This document shows, one piece after another, positions 37,406 through 49,060 of a DNA stretch of 64,000 nucleotides. The DNA lies in NCBI RefSeq assembly GCF_006345805.1, contig NC_043007.1, positions 8,246,001 through 8,310,000 on the forward strand, given 5' to 3'. Every line of letters begins with the position of its first letter. The stretch's first letter is position 1. The notes beneath the pieces were generated by a model. It did no database searches. It was given only the letters and a program-made list of their open reading frames with translations, and was not told the origin of the DNA. The DNA is from Octopus sinensis. Taxonomy: Eukaryota. Made by a program: the position numbers and the translations under genes.

Positions 37406-39287
37406 GTAAGTTATTTGTTTTCCCCGTTTAGTCTGGTTGTAAGGTGTTGTGTTGCTCTGGCAGTGAGACAACATGGATTGATACTCGTTGCTTACAATAG
37501 GTGGTGCATGGTACTTCAAGATATGTATGTGTGTGTGTGTGGGCATTTGTATGCTGTATGTATGCACAAATATGTACATATATACGTTTGCATATATGAA
37601 TGTATATATACATATGCATGTGTATATGCATGTATGTTATGAATATATGTTATGTATGTATATATGTGTATACGTCACAAGTGCACCATAACTTACTACC
37701 TAGCTAAAATCATCATCATCATCATCATTTTAATATCCACTTTCCCATACATGCATAGTTCAGATGGAATGCATTGAGGCAAATTTTCTACAACTGGATG
37801 CCCTTCCTGTTGTCAACCCTCATCTGTTTCCAGAAAGATAATGTTTCTCTCCCTGACCAGACGTGTTTTCATTGAAGATCCTAAGCAAAAGACACCACTT
37901 GTATGTTGTATGATTTGCAACTATCGCACAAAGTCCAGTGGAGATTCTGGTGCCACTGGAATCCTGGTAGACTGTAGCTGACAAACAAATAAAAAATTTC
38001 CATTCAGATCTAATTAAACACGACACCATAACAAATATAAAGAAGATGCTAAGAAACCAGATTCCATTCCCAAACCAGAAAATGAGAGAATCTTGAAGAG
38101 TACAAAGACAGTATGGTGAAAAGCGTACTCAACACCAAACCAATGAGTATGAGTCAACAACTCCATAGACATCACCATAACAGTTCTTTCATTCAAACAA
38201 GTATAGACCTCTCATCATCTGACCCTTTCAGAATCCTTATAATATGTAAAGAGTTTGTTGGTTGCAGTGGTTCCTCCTTGTTTCAGAGTATTTCTTTCCA
38301 TCTTTTCTTTCTACTTCCTCATTTGTGTCAGTGTCTCTGATGGCTGGCAAGGCTGATTTTTGTGTGGAGCAATTGTCCTTAAACTTTACATCTCGTGGTC
38401 AGTGAAGGCCTTGATTGCATTTGGCAGCTCTTTCATCATAACCATTTAACCTCTTCATTTCCTCAACAGGATTCTTTAAAATTCCCTATGTCTATTTTGA
38501 TAATACGATGCCAAATTGTTCTGCATTGTTTATATGTGTGTAAATATGAAGGTTGGTACATATATGTATAACCTTTTACAGGGTCGGGTTTCCAGCATCA
38601 AAACCAGCACACTTAGCAGGCTCACCTGGTTGTTTGAAATCCAAAGGAAAAAACAAAGAATGGCTGTCAGAAGGCACGATGAACCCAGTATAGGGGGCCA
38701 ATAATCATTGACCCCTAGCAACAGTGCATGAGATATAGAAATGCACTTGATGGTAAACAAGCAAGCTATAAGACCATTAAAAATAATTATGCTCCAAAAC
38801 CAGTAATAGACTCCTAGAGAAGGCCCCTGTTGGGAGTCCAGAAAGACAAATGCTAGAGGGATGCACCTTGAAAAACATAAAGATGTGGCGAGCTTTTAAA
38901 GTAGTTTTGAAGAGACCCTATTTTGAGCACCCTCCTGCATTTGGAAGGAGGTACTAGTCTTCTTGAGCCACCGTTGCCACTGGAATTATATATATATATA
39001 TATGTGTGTGTATATGCACACACATGCATACATATATGCATATGTATACATACATGTATATCTATATATAATGCGCGTATGTATGTATATGTATGACAAG
39101 CTTATTTTCAGTATATTATATCCATTTGCATGGCTTAGAAGCTCGGTGGTGGTGGTGGGGGGTGGGGGTCTGCATGCCTGTATGCCTGCAAGAACAAGAT
39201 TGTGCTGACTGGTGCCAGTCATGTGAAAACTGTACAAGATTCACTGATTGCAAGAAAGGAACATGTGAAAGCTCGTCCATATGTTTG

Positions 39288-39610
39288 TCATTGTCATCAT
39301 CATCGTCATCAACATCATCATCATCGTCATCAACATCATCATCATCGTCATCAACATCATCATCATCAACATCATCATCATCATTGTCATCATCATCGTC
39401 ATCAACATCATCATCATCGTCATCAACATCATCATCATCATCATTATCATCATCATCGTCATCAACATCATCATCATCATCATCATCATCGTCATCAACA
39501 TTATCATCATCATCATTATCATCATCATCGTCATCAACATCATCATCATCGTCATCAACATCATCATCATCAACATCATCGTCATCAACATCATCATCAT
39601 CATCATTATT
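39288..39610. repeat. (CAT)n array with CAA/CGT variants; expanded tail of a minus-strand SINE-like element at 39610-39820
   Basis: Directly visible; abuts gtccgttttccatgctggcatgggttg, the reverse complement of the family's 3' end. Confidence 0.9.
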
Positions 39611-40152
39611 TAGAGTCCGTTTTCCATGCTGGCATGGGTTGAATGATCCATCGAGTTGCAGGGCTGCATCAAACTCTGGTGCCAGCTTTGGCATGGTTTC
39701 CACAGTTGGATGCCTTTCCTAATGCCAACCAATTTACAGAGTGTGTATAGGGTGGGTTTTTTTCTTAGCACCAGCACTAGTGAGGTTGCCAGGTAATTAG
39801 CAAGACAAAAAAGTTGTTAGCAGGAAATGGAAAAAGAAAGAAAAAAGAAGAAAAAACCTTCACTAAATGGAAGGGAGAGATATAGAAAGGTGAGGAGGTG
39901 ATTGTAAGCCAGGTATTGAAGGACCGTAGGGTATGACAGAGGATAATTCTTGAATGGAGGAACAAATGGAGAAGGAAGAGCATCGTTTTTTTTCTTTGTT
40001 TTAATCATTATTTGTGTATTTGTCTTTTAATGGCAACAGTTGTCGTCGTCGTAAAATCTCTTGTTTTTCTAATTATCAAAAATCTTTTGTCTTACATTTT
40101 TATTTATTTTTAAGGATTTTATTTACTTCTCTTCTCTTATTTCTTCATCCAG

Positions 40153-40232
40153 ATGGTCACAAAATGCTAAAACTTCACATTGGTTTACCAATTACCCATA
40201 ATCCTACATCATGTAGAAGTATAGTATGGAAG
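40153..40232 (+). CDS. VASH: Vasohibin coding exon 7 (GHKMLKLHIGLPITHNPTSCRSIVWK)
   Basis: Resembles WHVLKKVKLGQSVSHDPHSVEQIEWK; catccag / AAG|GTAAGA. Confidence 0.92.
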
Positions 40233-41282
40233 GTAAGAGAGGAACAAAATTGTGATGCTTTTTTTTTAGTCTTCTTTGTTTCACTGGGTTTTTTCTTTTT
40301 TTCTTTTTGATGCCATAATTAGAGGAGGAAGGGTAACATTTCTAATCCTTTTTAAGAATCACTGGGATTTGTTGGGTTAAGATAGTGCAGTTGAGAGGGG
40401 CACATGAAGATATGGGGTGATCCTCCACAGACAGGGTACCAGGTCGGCTAAATACTTACAATACAGTGGATTCCACTGGAGATATTCAAGAGCCACCACC
40501 ACCACCACCACCATCACAGTCGTTAACATAATCACCATCACTACCACCACTACAAACACCATCACCATCAGTGACACCATCATTACTGCCATCACCACTG
40601 CTATTACCATAACCATCATCGTCAGTGTAGGCATTCAAGAACCAACACCACCTCCACAATCATCACTACTATCATCATCATCATCATCATCATCATCATC
40701 TTAAAGTCCACTTTTCCATGCTCACAAGACTCAGACAGAGCTTATTGAGGCAGACCTTCTATGATTGGATGCTCTTCCTGTTGCTGACCCTCACCTCTTT
40801 CCAGTCAAGAATTCTGCTCGTTAAAATAGTCCCCTTATATAAATAATACATTATTTACTGTATACGTGTAAGGCCTAGTGGTTAGATTGTTGCTCTCACA
40901 ACCAGAAGATTGTGGTTTCAATTCCTAAATTAGGCAGCACCATAGCGAGTCCACTCTGCTCTAAATGAGCAACCTTGCAATGGACTGGCTTCCTATCCAG
41001 GGAAAAGATTGTGATCTTGCTTACTTATTTGCCATGGAAACCAGGTAACTATGGCCTAGTGAATCTTTGGGCTCAAGACAGACATTACTGTGCTTTTTAC
41101 TTTATTTACTGGAACACTGATGTACTTTGGTTTTGCGGTTGCTTCAAGAACTTGTTAATCCTGCCTCATATATTGGTTGATATAAGAAATTAGAATTGTT
41201 TACAGAATCATTTACTGTTAGGAAGTTCTGTTTTATAATTCTTCCAATACGTCTTTGATTCCTAAAATGTTTTCAATACCAG

Positions 41283-41366
41283 GGAATTGTCATCAACATG
41301 CAAAGCACGGATCCAACCGATCTCTTCAGGAAAGTTCAGAAACATGCTCGTTTGATTAGAAAATCT
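41283..41366 (+). CDS. VASH: Vasohibin coding exon 8 (GIVINMQSTDPTDLFRKVQKHARLIRKS)
   Basis: Resembles HSVLDVERLGRDDFRKELERHARDMRLK; taccag / TCT|GTAAGT. Confidence 0.88.
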
Positions 41367-41401
41367 GTAAGTACTTTTTGAGCAATACAAAAACCAGGAT
41401 A

Positions 41402-41434
<33 letters not shown>

Positions 41435-41499
41435 ATATGTACTTATACACAAATATGTATATATATATATATATATATAATATATATATATATATATTC

Positions 41500-41905
41500 T
41501 TTCACTCTTTCACTTGTTTCAGTCATTTGACTGTGGTCATGCTGGAGCACCGCCTTTAATCGAGCAAATCGACCCCGGGATTTATTCTTTTGTAAGCCTA
41601 GTACTTATTCTATCGGTCTTTTTTGCCGAACCGCTAAGTAACGGGGACATAAACACACCAGCATCGGTTGTCAAGCAATGCTAGGGGGACAAACACAGAC
41701 ACACAAACACACACACGCATATATATATATATACATATATACGACAGGCTTCTTTCAGTTTCCGTCTACCAAATCCACTCACAAGGCTTTGGTCGGCCCG
41801 AGGCTATAGTAGAAGACACTTGCCCAAGGTGCCACGTAGTGGGACTGAACCCGGAACCATGTGGTTGGTAAACAAGCTACTTACCACACAGTCACTCCTG
41901 CGCTA
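41500..41905 (-). mobile_element. Near full-length tRNA-derived SINE
   Basis: Head on - strand gcgcaggagtgactgtgtggtaagtagcttg...ggttcagtccc; body shared with 3860-4075, 4320-4690 and 27640-27790. Confidence 0.85.
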
Positions 41906-42319
41906 ATATATATATATATATATATATTGATAAAAACGGTAAAATAACAAAAGAAATAAAGAGACCTCAATATTATGTAAATAGAGGAATTTATCTGTAA
42001 ATGTAATATGTGACAATTATACGGTGGCCAAGATAAAGCTTTGAGTTTCGGATGCCGAGGTGGAAATCCATACCACCATCTCTTCAGTTATCCAGCCATT
42101 ATATATATATATATATAATAGAAATATTAAGATTACTAAGTCTCTCTAAATAGCTATCTTAAGGCGATGGCCTCATGGAGCTAATCAGCAACAGCTTTTA
42201 GTCTTATATCTATAAGACTGCCATATTAATATGGCAATAACAATTAATATATATATATATATATATATATAATAGAAATATGTTTCAAAAAGAAAATAGA
42301 AACTACACATGGAAAAGAT

Positions 42320-42650
42320 ATGGGGGAAATAAAAAGAAAAAAGTGAAAATGTACATTAAATATATAAAAAAATAAAGGCTTTTTTTTTATGAAATGTAGC
42401 GATAAATAAATACAATTAGATGAACTGAGGTAGAATTAAGAGGAATTAAATTAAAGCCATAGAACAGCAATGACAACAACATTTTGACTTTGAATCTCTT
42501 TAACAATTCATAAAATAATGAATTTAATTCCTCTTATTTCTACCTCAGTTCATCTAACTGTATTTATTTATCGTTGCTTTTCATAAGAAGCCCCTATTTT
42601 TTTTTATATCCAATGTGCATATTTGCTTTTTTTCTTCTTACTTTCCCTAT
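42320..42650. repeat. Imperfect inverted repeat, ~130-bp arms (old fold-back/MITE)
   Basis: gataaataaatacaattagatgaactgaggtagaattaagaggaattaaatt (about 42401-42452) pairs with about 42521-42572; looser pairing extends outward. Confidence 0.75.
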
Positions 42651-42657
42651 ATATATA

Positions 42658-43902
42658 TTGGGTTGTCCAGAAAGTTCATGCCGATTTATAGTATCTTACA
42701 TGGATGAGTCCGTAACATGGATGAGTCCGTAAAATAGGATTTGACTACACCTCCATTTAGAGCACAGTTTAAGCTATCTTTTCATGGAAGAAGTTTTACA
42801 TTCCTATAACCTGTGTTAATTCTGTAACCCTTTAAAATGGGAGATAAGAAAGTTCATTTTCGGCACTTGGTGCTTTTCCTTTTCTGTAAAGGGAAAAATG
42901 CCTCACAAGCAACCAAAGAAATATACACAGTTTACGGCAATGTTTCTTTATCCGAAAGAACTGTACGGAAGTGGTTCGCAAGGTTCCGAGCTGGAGATTG
43001 TAGCCTTATTGATAAAGAGCGATCAGGCAGACCATCCACTACAGATGATGACCAAATCAAGTCATTAATTGAGAATAACCCACATTGCACAACCCGAAAA
43101 TTGGCAGAAAGCCTCAACATATCAAAATCCATCGTTCATGAGCACCTTGTAAAGCTTGGGTACACAAATCGCTATGATGTTTGGGTACCACATGAGTTGA
43201 GTGAGAAGAACCTTTTGGATCGCATTTCCATCTGTGATTCGTTTTATAAACAGAATGAAAACGCGCCTTTTTTAAAGCAAATTGTGAAAGGTGATGAGAA
43301 ATGGATTATCTACCGAAATGTTCAGAGAAAGCGATCCTACAATAAGCGTGTCTTCACCCTAAAAAGTCTTGCTTTGTGTCTGGCGAGATTGGAAAGGAAT
43401 TCTGTACTATGAGCTTCTCCCAAGTAACCATACATTTAATTCTGAGAAATACTGCACACAACTGGACGAGTTAAAAGCAGCAATTCAAGAGAAACGTCCA
43501 GAATTGGCCAACAGGAAGGGTGTTGTTTTCCAACATAATAATGCAAACCGCACGTTTCTTTGGGAACGAGACAAAAATTGCTGCAGCTCGGCTGGGATGT
43601 GTTACCCCACCCTCCATATTCACCAGATATTGCTCCTTCGGACTTCCACTTATTCAGGTCTCTGCAGAATAGTCATAATGGTAATTTCAATTCCTTGGAT
43701 GGCGTAAAAAGATACCTTGATAAATTATTTGCTATGAAACCACCTCAATTCTGGGAAGAGGGTATTTTCAAGTTAAAGGAAAGATGGAGATGCATTGTGC
43801 AACAAAATGGTTCATATTTGGTTGATTAAAAATGTAATGGCAAATATTTATTGACCTTTTTCTTTCCTTTAAAAATCGGCATGAACTTTCTGGACAACCC
43901 AA
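42658..43902 (+). mobile_element. Mariner (DD34D, mellifera-subfamily-like) transposon, near full length, inactivated
   Basis: Perfect 30-bp TIRs TTGGGTTGTCCAGAAAGTTCATGCCGATTT, TA flanks. Transposase in three frames (42837-43829) with WVPHEL, GDEKW, YSPDIAPSD; second catalytic Asp reads N (QHNNA). Confidence 0.95.
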
Positions 43903-44110
43903 TATATAATGAGGAGGTGCTAGAAAGTGTCTGGGCTTTAAGGGTATTGCAAAAGGCCTCAATGGAGAATCAAACTTCTGAGTTCTTTTACAGGGCTTAG
44001 AGAAACTGAAGGGCCACTGCAATAAGTGTGCGAATCTGAGAGGGGAATATATTGAATAAAACCGTAATTAACTGATTTTACCCAAAGCCAGGAACTATTC
44101 AGCACCCTCT

Positions 44111-44142
<32 letters not shown>

Positions 44143-44318
44143 GGGAGAGAGAGAGTGGTGGTGGTTTTGGTGGTGGTAATGATGATGATAATGATGATGA
44201 TGATGACATATCTTCCTAAACATTTGTTTTCAATAGGTTACCAAATATTTTCATTGATGCTTATATGAGGTTATTATTTTACGTCTTTTACTATATTGAA
44301 ACTAATTCTTCTTTTCAG

Positions 44319-44368
44319 GGAAGTCCAGGCAGAAATGTACGCAAGTCAAATAATTTCTCACAACCAAA
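44319..44368 (+). CDS. VASH: Vasohibin probable coding exon 9 ([16 protein letters not shown])
   Basis: Strong ttcttcttttcag acceptor and AA|GTAAGC donor; phase-compatible; basic unstructured tail with little homology support. Confidence 0.7.
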
Positions 44369-44529
44369 GTAAGCTGACGCCTCATCATAATTCTATCAGT
44401 TATTTTAGTTTTATACCTACATACATACATACATATATACTATATATATTTATATATATATTATATATATATATATATATGTGTGTATGTATATGTGTAT
44501 ATATGCATATACATAAATATATATATTTT

Positions 44530-44597
<68 letters not shown>

Positions 44598-44622
44598 GCA
44601 TATACATAAATATATATATTTT

Positions 44623-44694
<72 letters not shown>

Positions 44695-44695
44695 A

Positions 44696-46040
44696 CAGGA
44701 TGTTTAAAAAAATCTGACCATCACAGAAGCTCGATGGTCAAAGCCAATGAAACTAAACAGGCTTAATGTTGAGCAACATAGGATTTATTCCTCCAAATTT
44801 AAATGAGGAGAAATTGAAAGGATTTGTGGATTCCATGAACGATTTCACAAATGTTCAACACGCCCACCACCTGAGACACGACACATGTCAAGTTGGTTGT
44901 CCAGCTCCTCCCAGACACACTGCAGCATGTCTTGGGTAACAGTCTCCAGTGCAGTAGTGATTCTCTGCTCGAGTTCCTCTAGGTCTGCAGGAAGAGTGGT
45001 GGGGACATAGACCAGACCCCTCACATAGCCCCAGAGAAAAAAATTGCAAGGTGTCAGCTCAGGTGAACATGGTGGCCATTTCAACAGCACATTGTCTTCA
45101 TCACCAGCACAACTGATCCATCTCCCTCGCAGATTGTCATTGAGATAAGCCTGCACAGTGAGCTTCCAGTGAGGTTGAGCCCCGTCCAGTTGAAAAGTGA
45201 AGTCTTCATGTTCATTTGCAATGAGCTCATCCATTGACCAATTCTGAACCATTTGCAGATAAACATCACCAGTCACATTTCCCTCAAAGAAAAACGGGCC
45301 ATGAAGATGCTTCTTGGAGATGGTGCAGAGCACATTCACTTTTGGTGAGTTCCTCTCATGCTCAACTGTGGAATGGGCATTTTCTTCACCCCAGAAGTGA
45401 ACATTATGCTTATTGACTTTGCCATTCATATGAAATGTAGCCTCATCACAGAAAACAAGACATTCCTTGAACTCGGCTTTTTCAAGTTTCTCCTGCATAT
45501 CAACATAGAATTGTTTGCAGTTTCACTTGTCATCTGCCGTTATGGTCTGAACAAGCTGCAGCTTGTTGGGTTTCATTAGCAAGCGCTTCCTCAGGATGCA
45601 CCAAATTGTCGTTGGAGGAATCTGAGTTTCCAAACTTGTTCTTATGCACTTCTTGGGGCTTCACAAGAGCTTTTGGCAAACCCACTCAACCATCTCTTCC
45701 GATGTTAGTGGTCATCCTGATCCTTTTACCCTGCACAGACGGCCTTCCTCTTTGAATTTTTTGTACCATGTCCAAATCTGCTTTGTCATTGGTGACTTTT
45801 TAGAGAACTCTCTCACAAATGCACGCTGCTTTGACTGTGTTCAAGCATACTCCAACACTCAAAACGCTTTTTCTCCTCCAATGAATACCATTTCTAGGCC
45901 TGAAAAGATAAGCATATCAAACATTAAACTTAAAATTCTGACCTGTTTCTACACATGCTGTTAAAATTTGAAGTCATTTGAACAAGAACTGGAAAAGTTA
46001 TTAGATTGCAAAATGATATCAAATTTTTTGAAACACCCTT
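44696..46040 (-). mobile_element. Tc1/mariner-superfamily transposon, DD41D (rosa/VS)-like, decayed
   Basis: VFCDEATFHMNGKVNKHN, FQLDGAQPHW, WPPCSPELTPCNFFLWGYV; stop-interrupted HTH region to about 45890; imperfect TIRs CAGGATGTTTAAAAAAATCTGA / TCAAATTTTTTGAAACACCCTT. Confidence 0.88.
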
Positions 46041-46244
46041 TATGTGTGTGTGTATATATATATAATATATTCCATAATATATTCCATTAGTTCATTTTCC
46101 ATCACTTTTTTCTATGCTTGCATGGAGTGGATGAATATATGATATTATTATACACACACATACACACAAATGTATGTATGTAAATATGCTTATATGTAAG
46201 TACATACACACACACACATACATATTCCATCACATACCAGGGGT

Positions 46245-46480
46245 AAAAACTAGAAGTAGTTGATAGCTTTTGTTACCTAGGCGACCAAGTTTATAGTGAG
46301 GGTGGTTGCTCTGAGAGTGTAGCGGCTAGAATAAGAATAGCTTGGGCAAAGTTCAGGGAGCTCCAACCTCAGCTGGCAACTAAGGGCCTCTCGCTCAGGA
46401 CGAAAAGTAGACCGTATGATGCATGTATGTGAACTGCCATTCTACGTGGCAGTGAACCATGGGCCATGACTGCTGAAACT
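46245..46480 (+). mobile_element. RTE-like LINE fragment
   Basis: LEVVDSFCYLGDQV..EGGCSESVAARIRIAWAKFREL...KGLSLRTK..GSEPW. Confidence 0.75.
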
Positions 46481-46689
46481 GGAGAATCTTGCTTAAGAAC
46501 ATGATACACTGCCAGTCTGCAAATTGAAACCATGATGTTACAATCATGACTGAATCGTCTTAACCACGAGTTTACATACCTTAATATGTGTGTATGTACA
46601 CACACACACACACGCATACACATACATTCTTCTTTTACTGTAGCTTCAGCTCAGAGTTGCGGCCATGCTGATGCACCACCGTTTTGCTA

Positions 46690-47060
46690 CAGTTATTACT
46701 GAGAGCCTCCTCCAATATGTGGCACTTGGTGAAGAATGGAGTTTGATGTAGCTGCCCCCATTGCACCTCTTGCTGTGGGATAGGTTCATCTGGGACTCTT
46801 GACAGGAAAAGGCCCACCTTTGATTTAAAAACACTTATATCAACTTTGTGTAGGTTCCTCAGGCTCTTTGGGAGAATATCAAAAAGCTATAGGCCCCTGA
46901 AACCCAGGCTGTTGCAGTAACTGGTCCTGAAGCACGATGGCATTGCTGGGATCTTTGACACTTTGCAGTGTCAACCCGTTCTGGCATTGGTGTAACATTC
47001 AATGCCAAAATTTGGCACAATTCCTTCCAGAATCTTCCAGATGTATATTGCTGCATACCT
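46690..47060 (-). mobile_element. CR1-group LINE 3' fragment
   Basis: Minus-strand frames give ...ILPKSLRNL..VDISVFKSKVGLFLSRVPDEP. Confidence 0.55.
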
Positions 47061-47456
47061 CCCCCGCCTATTTGAACATTTTCATATATTCGTATGTTAT
47101 ATAATTTCATAATTCGATATTTCATTTTCTTCTTAGCAACTCCATGAATTATTCCAGTCTTCTTCCATTCTCCAATATTCCTTTTGTTTTTCTCTCTGTT
47201 CTCTTTCACTATTCCCAACTTCCAAAGTTTCATTATATAAATGCAATATTTGGTCTGTGGTCCTCATTGTGATTCCAAATATTAAACACATATTTATGTA
47301 TGCATGTCTTTTACATGCATCAATGAATGCAATATGCATGAGAGGGTGTGTGGTTGGGGGAGTATGTTTGTTTGTCTGCATGACGAACCCAAATGCCTCA
47401 TCAGAATCCAGTAGTTCCCTGTAAACTAATAGACTAAATATTTTTTTTTTCTACAG

Positions 47457-47511
47457 GATTACCTTTCCTTGGCTGCCAGCAAAGAAAAACCCAAAAAGAA
47501 CAACAGTTTAG
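47457..47511 (+). CDS. VASH: Vasohibin probable terminal coding exon ([17 protein letters not shown])
   Basis: Strong T10-ctacag acceptor; phase fits exon 9; TAG at 47509-47511. Total spliced CDS 918 nt = 305 aa. Confidence 0.65.
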
Positions 47512-47526
47512 AAGACAAACAAAATT

Positions 47527-47554
47527 CACACACACACACACACATACACATATA

Positions 47555-47607
<53 letters not shown>

Positions 47608-47728
47608 CTATATATGTATATACATATATATATATATGTATATATGTATATCTATATATATGTATATGTGTGTATATATATATACACACACATATACATA
47701 TGTATGTACATGCATATATACATACATT

Positions 47729-47789
<61 letters not shown>

Positions 47790-47816
47790 GTATGTATTTA
47801 TATATATATATGTATG

Positions 47817-47848
<32 letters not shown>

Positions 47849-47930
47849 ATATAATGTATGTATATATATATATATACATATATATATACATATATATATA
47901 TATACATATATATATGTATATATATATGTG

Positions 47931-47961
<31 letters not shown>

Positions 47962-47974
47962 GTATATATATATG

Positions 47975-48037
<63 letters not shown>

Positions 48038-48062
48038 TATGTATGTATATATATATATATAT

Positions 48063-48118
<56 letters not shown>

Positions 48119-48184
48119 ATATAATATATACATATATATATATACATATATATATATATACATATATATATGTATATATATATG

Positions 48185-48215
<31 letters not shown>

Positions 48216-48222
48216 GTATATA

Positions 48223-48297
<75 letters not shown>

Positions 48298-48305
48298 GTA
48301 TATAT

Positions 48306-48352
<47 letters not shown>

Positions 48353-48358
48353 ATATAA
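47527..48358. repeat. ~830-bp (CA)n/(TA)n tract directly after the VASH stop codon
   Basis: Directly visible. Confidence 0.95.
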
Positions 48359-48609
48359 GCAAAATACTATGTTTGTGGAAATATTTTGTTTGTTGGTTGT
48401 TGTTTTCTTCGTAATCCTTTGTAAAATATTCATCAAATACATTTTTATCTCCACTGAACCAGTCTTTTTTGAACCTCATACTTTTTTACAACTAGAGGGA
48501 CCATTTTCAATTCTGGCAATTTTTGACCCCTTTCAGAGTAAGCAAATGAGATTTTTTTGTTTCTCATATGAAAGATAATTTGTGAGAGGTCCCTAACAGA
48601 AAAAAAAAA

Positions 48610-49060
48610 AATGCTACCTTTTGGTTGCCAGAGATTTGCAGAATTGTTAAAGCATCAGAGATATTTGAATTGAATGCCCCTGAAATCCTTGGAGATTTTT
48701 GTAAGACCAAAACACAACTCAGAATCCTTGACTTCCACAAACATTTCTTCACATTCACAATTGTTGAAGCATGGACCAAACTGTTTCAGTTATCAGTTGT
48801 TGGGACACTGCTTCCTTCCAAAATTCCATGCTTCTTGAAATTAACCAACACTGCTCCTCATGTGTCTCTCTGCGCCTCTTATAAATTTCTTAATATTCAC
48901 TTTTCGAATTGTTTGTGTTTTTTCTGGTGTACTTCGTGTATGTACTTCAAGCTTTCATTCTGTCGTTCTTTATTTTTGACTTATGTCGGCTTTCTGTCCT
49001 TTTTTAAAATCTTTCCTGATGAGTTGTTGTGCACCTCAGCACTGTATACAGGAAGCTCGT
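48610..49060 (+). mobile_element. CR1-like LINE 3' fragment
   Basis: LDFHKHFFTFTIVEAWTKL; 3' end shared with 16920-18090. Confidence 0.6.

Noticed and set aside
47469-48479. Poly-YI/IY ORFs (also about 25600, 31400, 44400) and poly-CV/HT ORFs (about 14700)
   Set aside because: Dinucleotide microsatellite translations.
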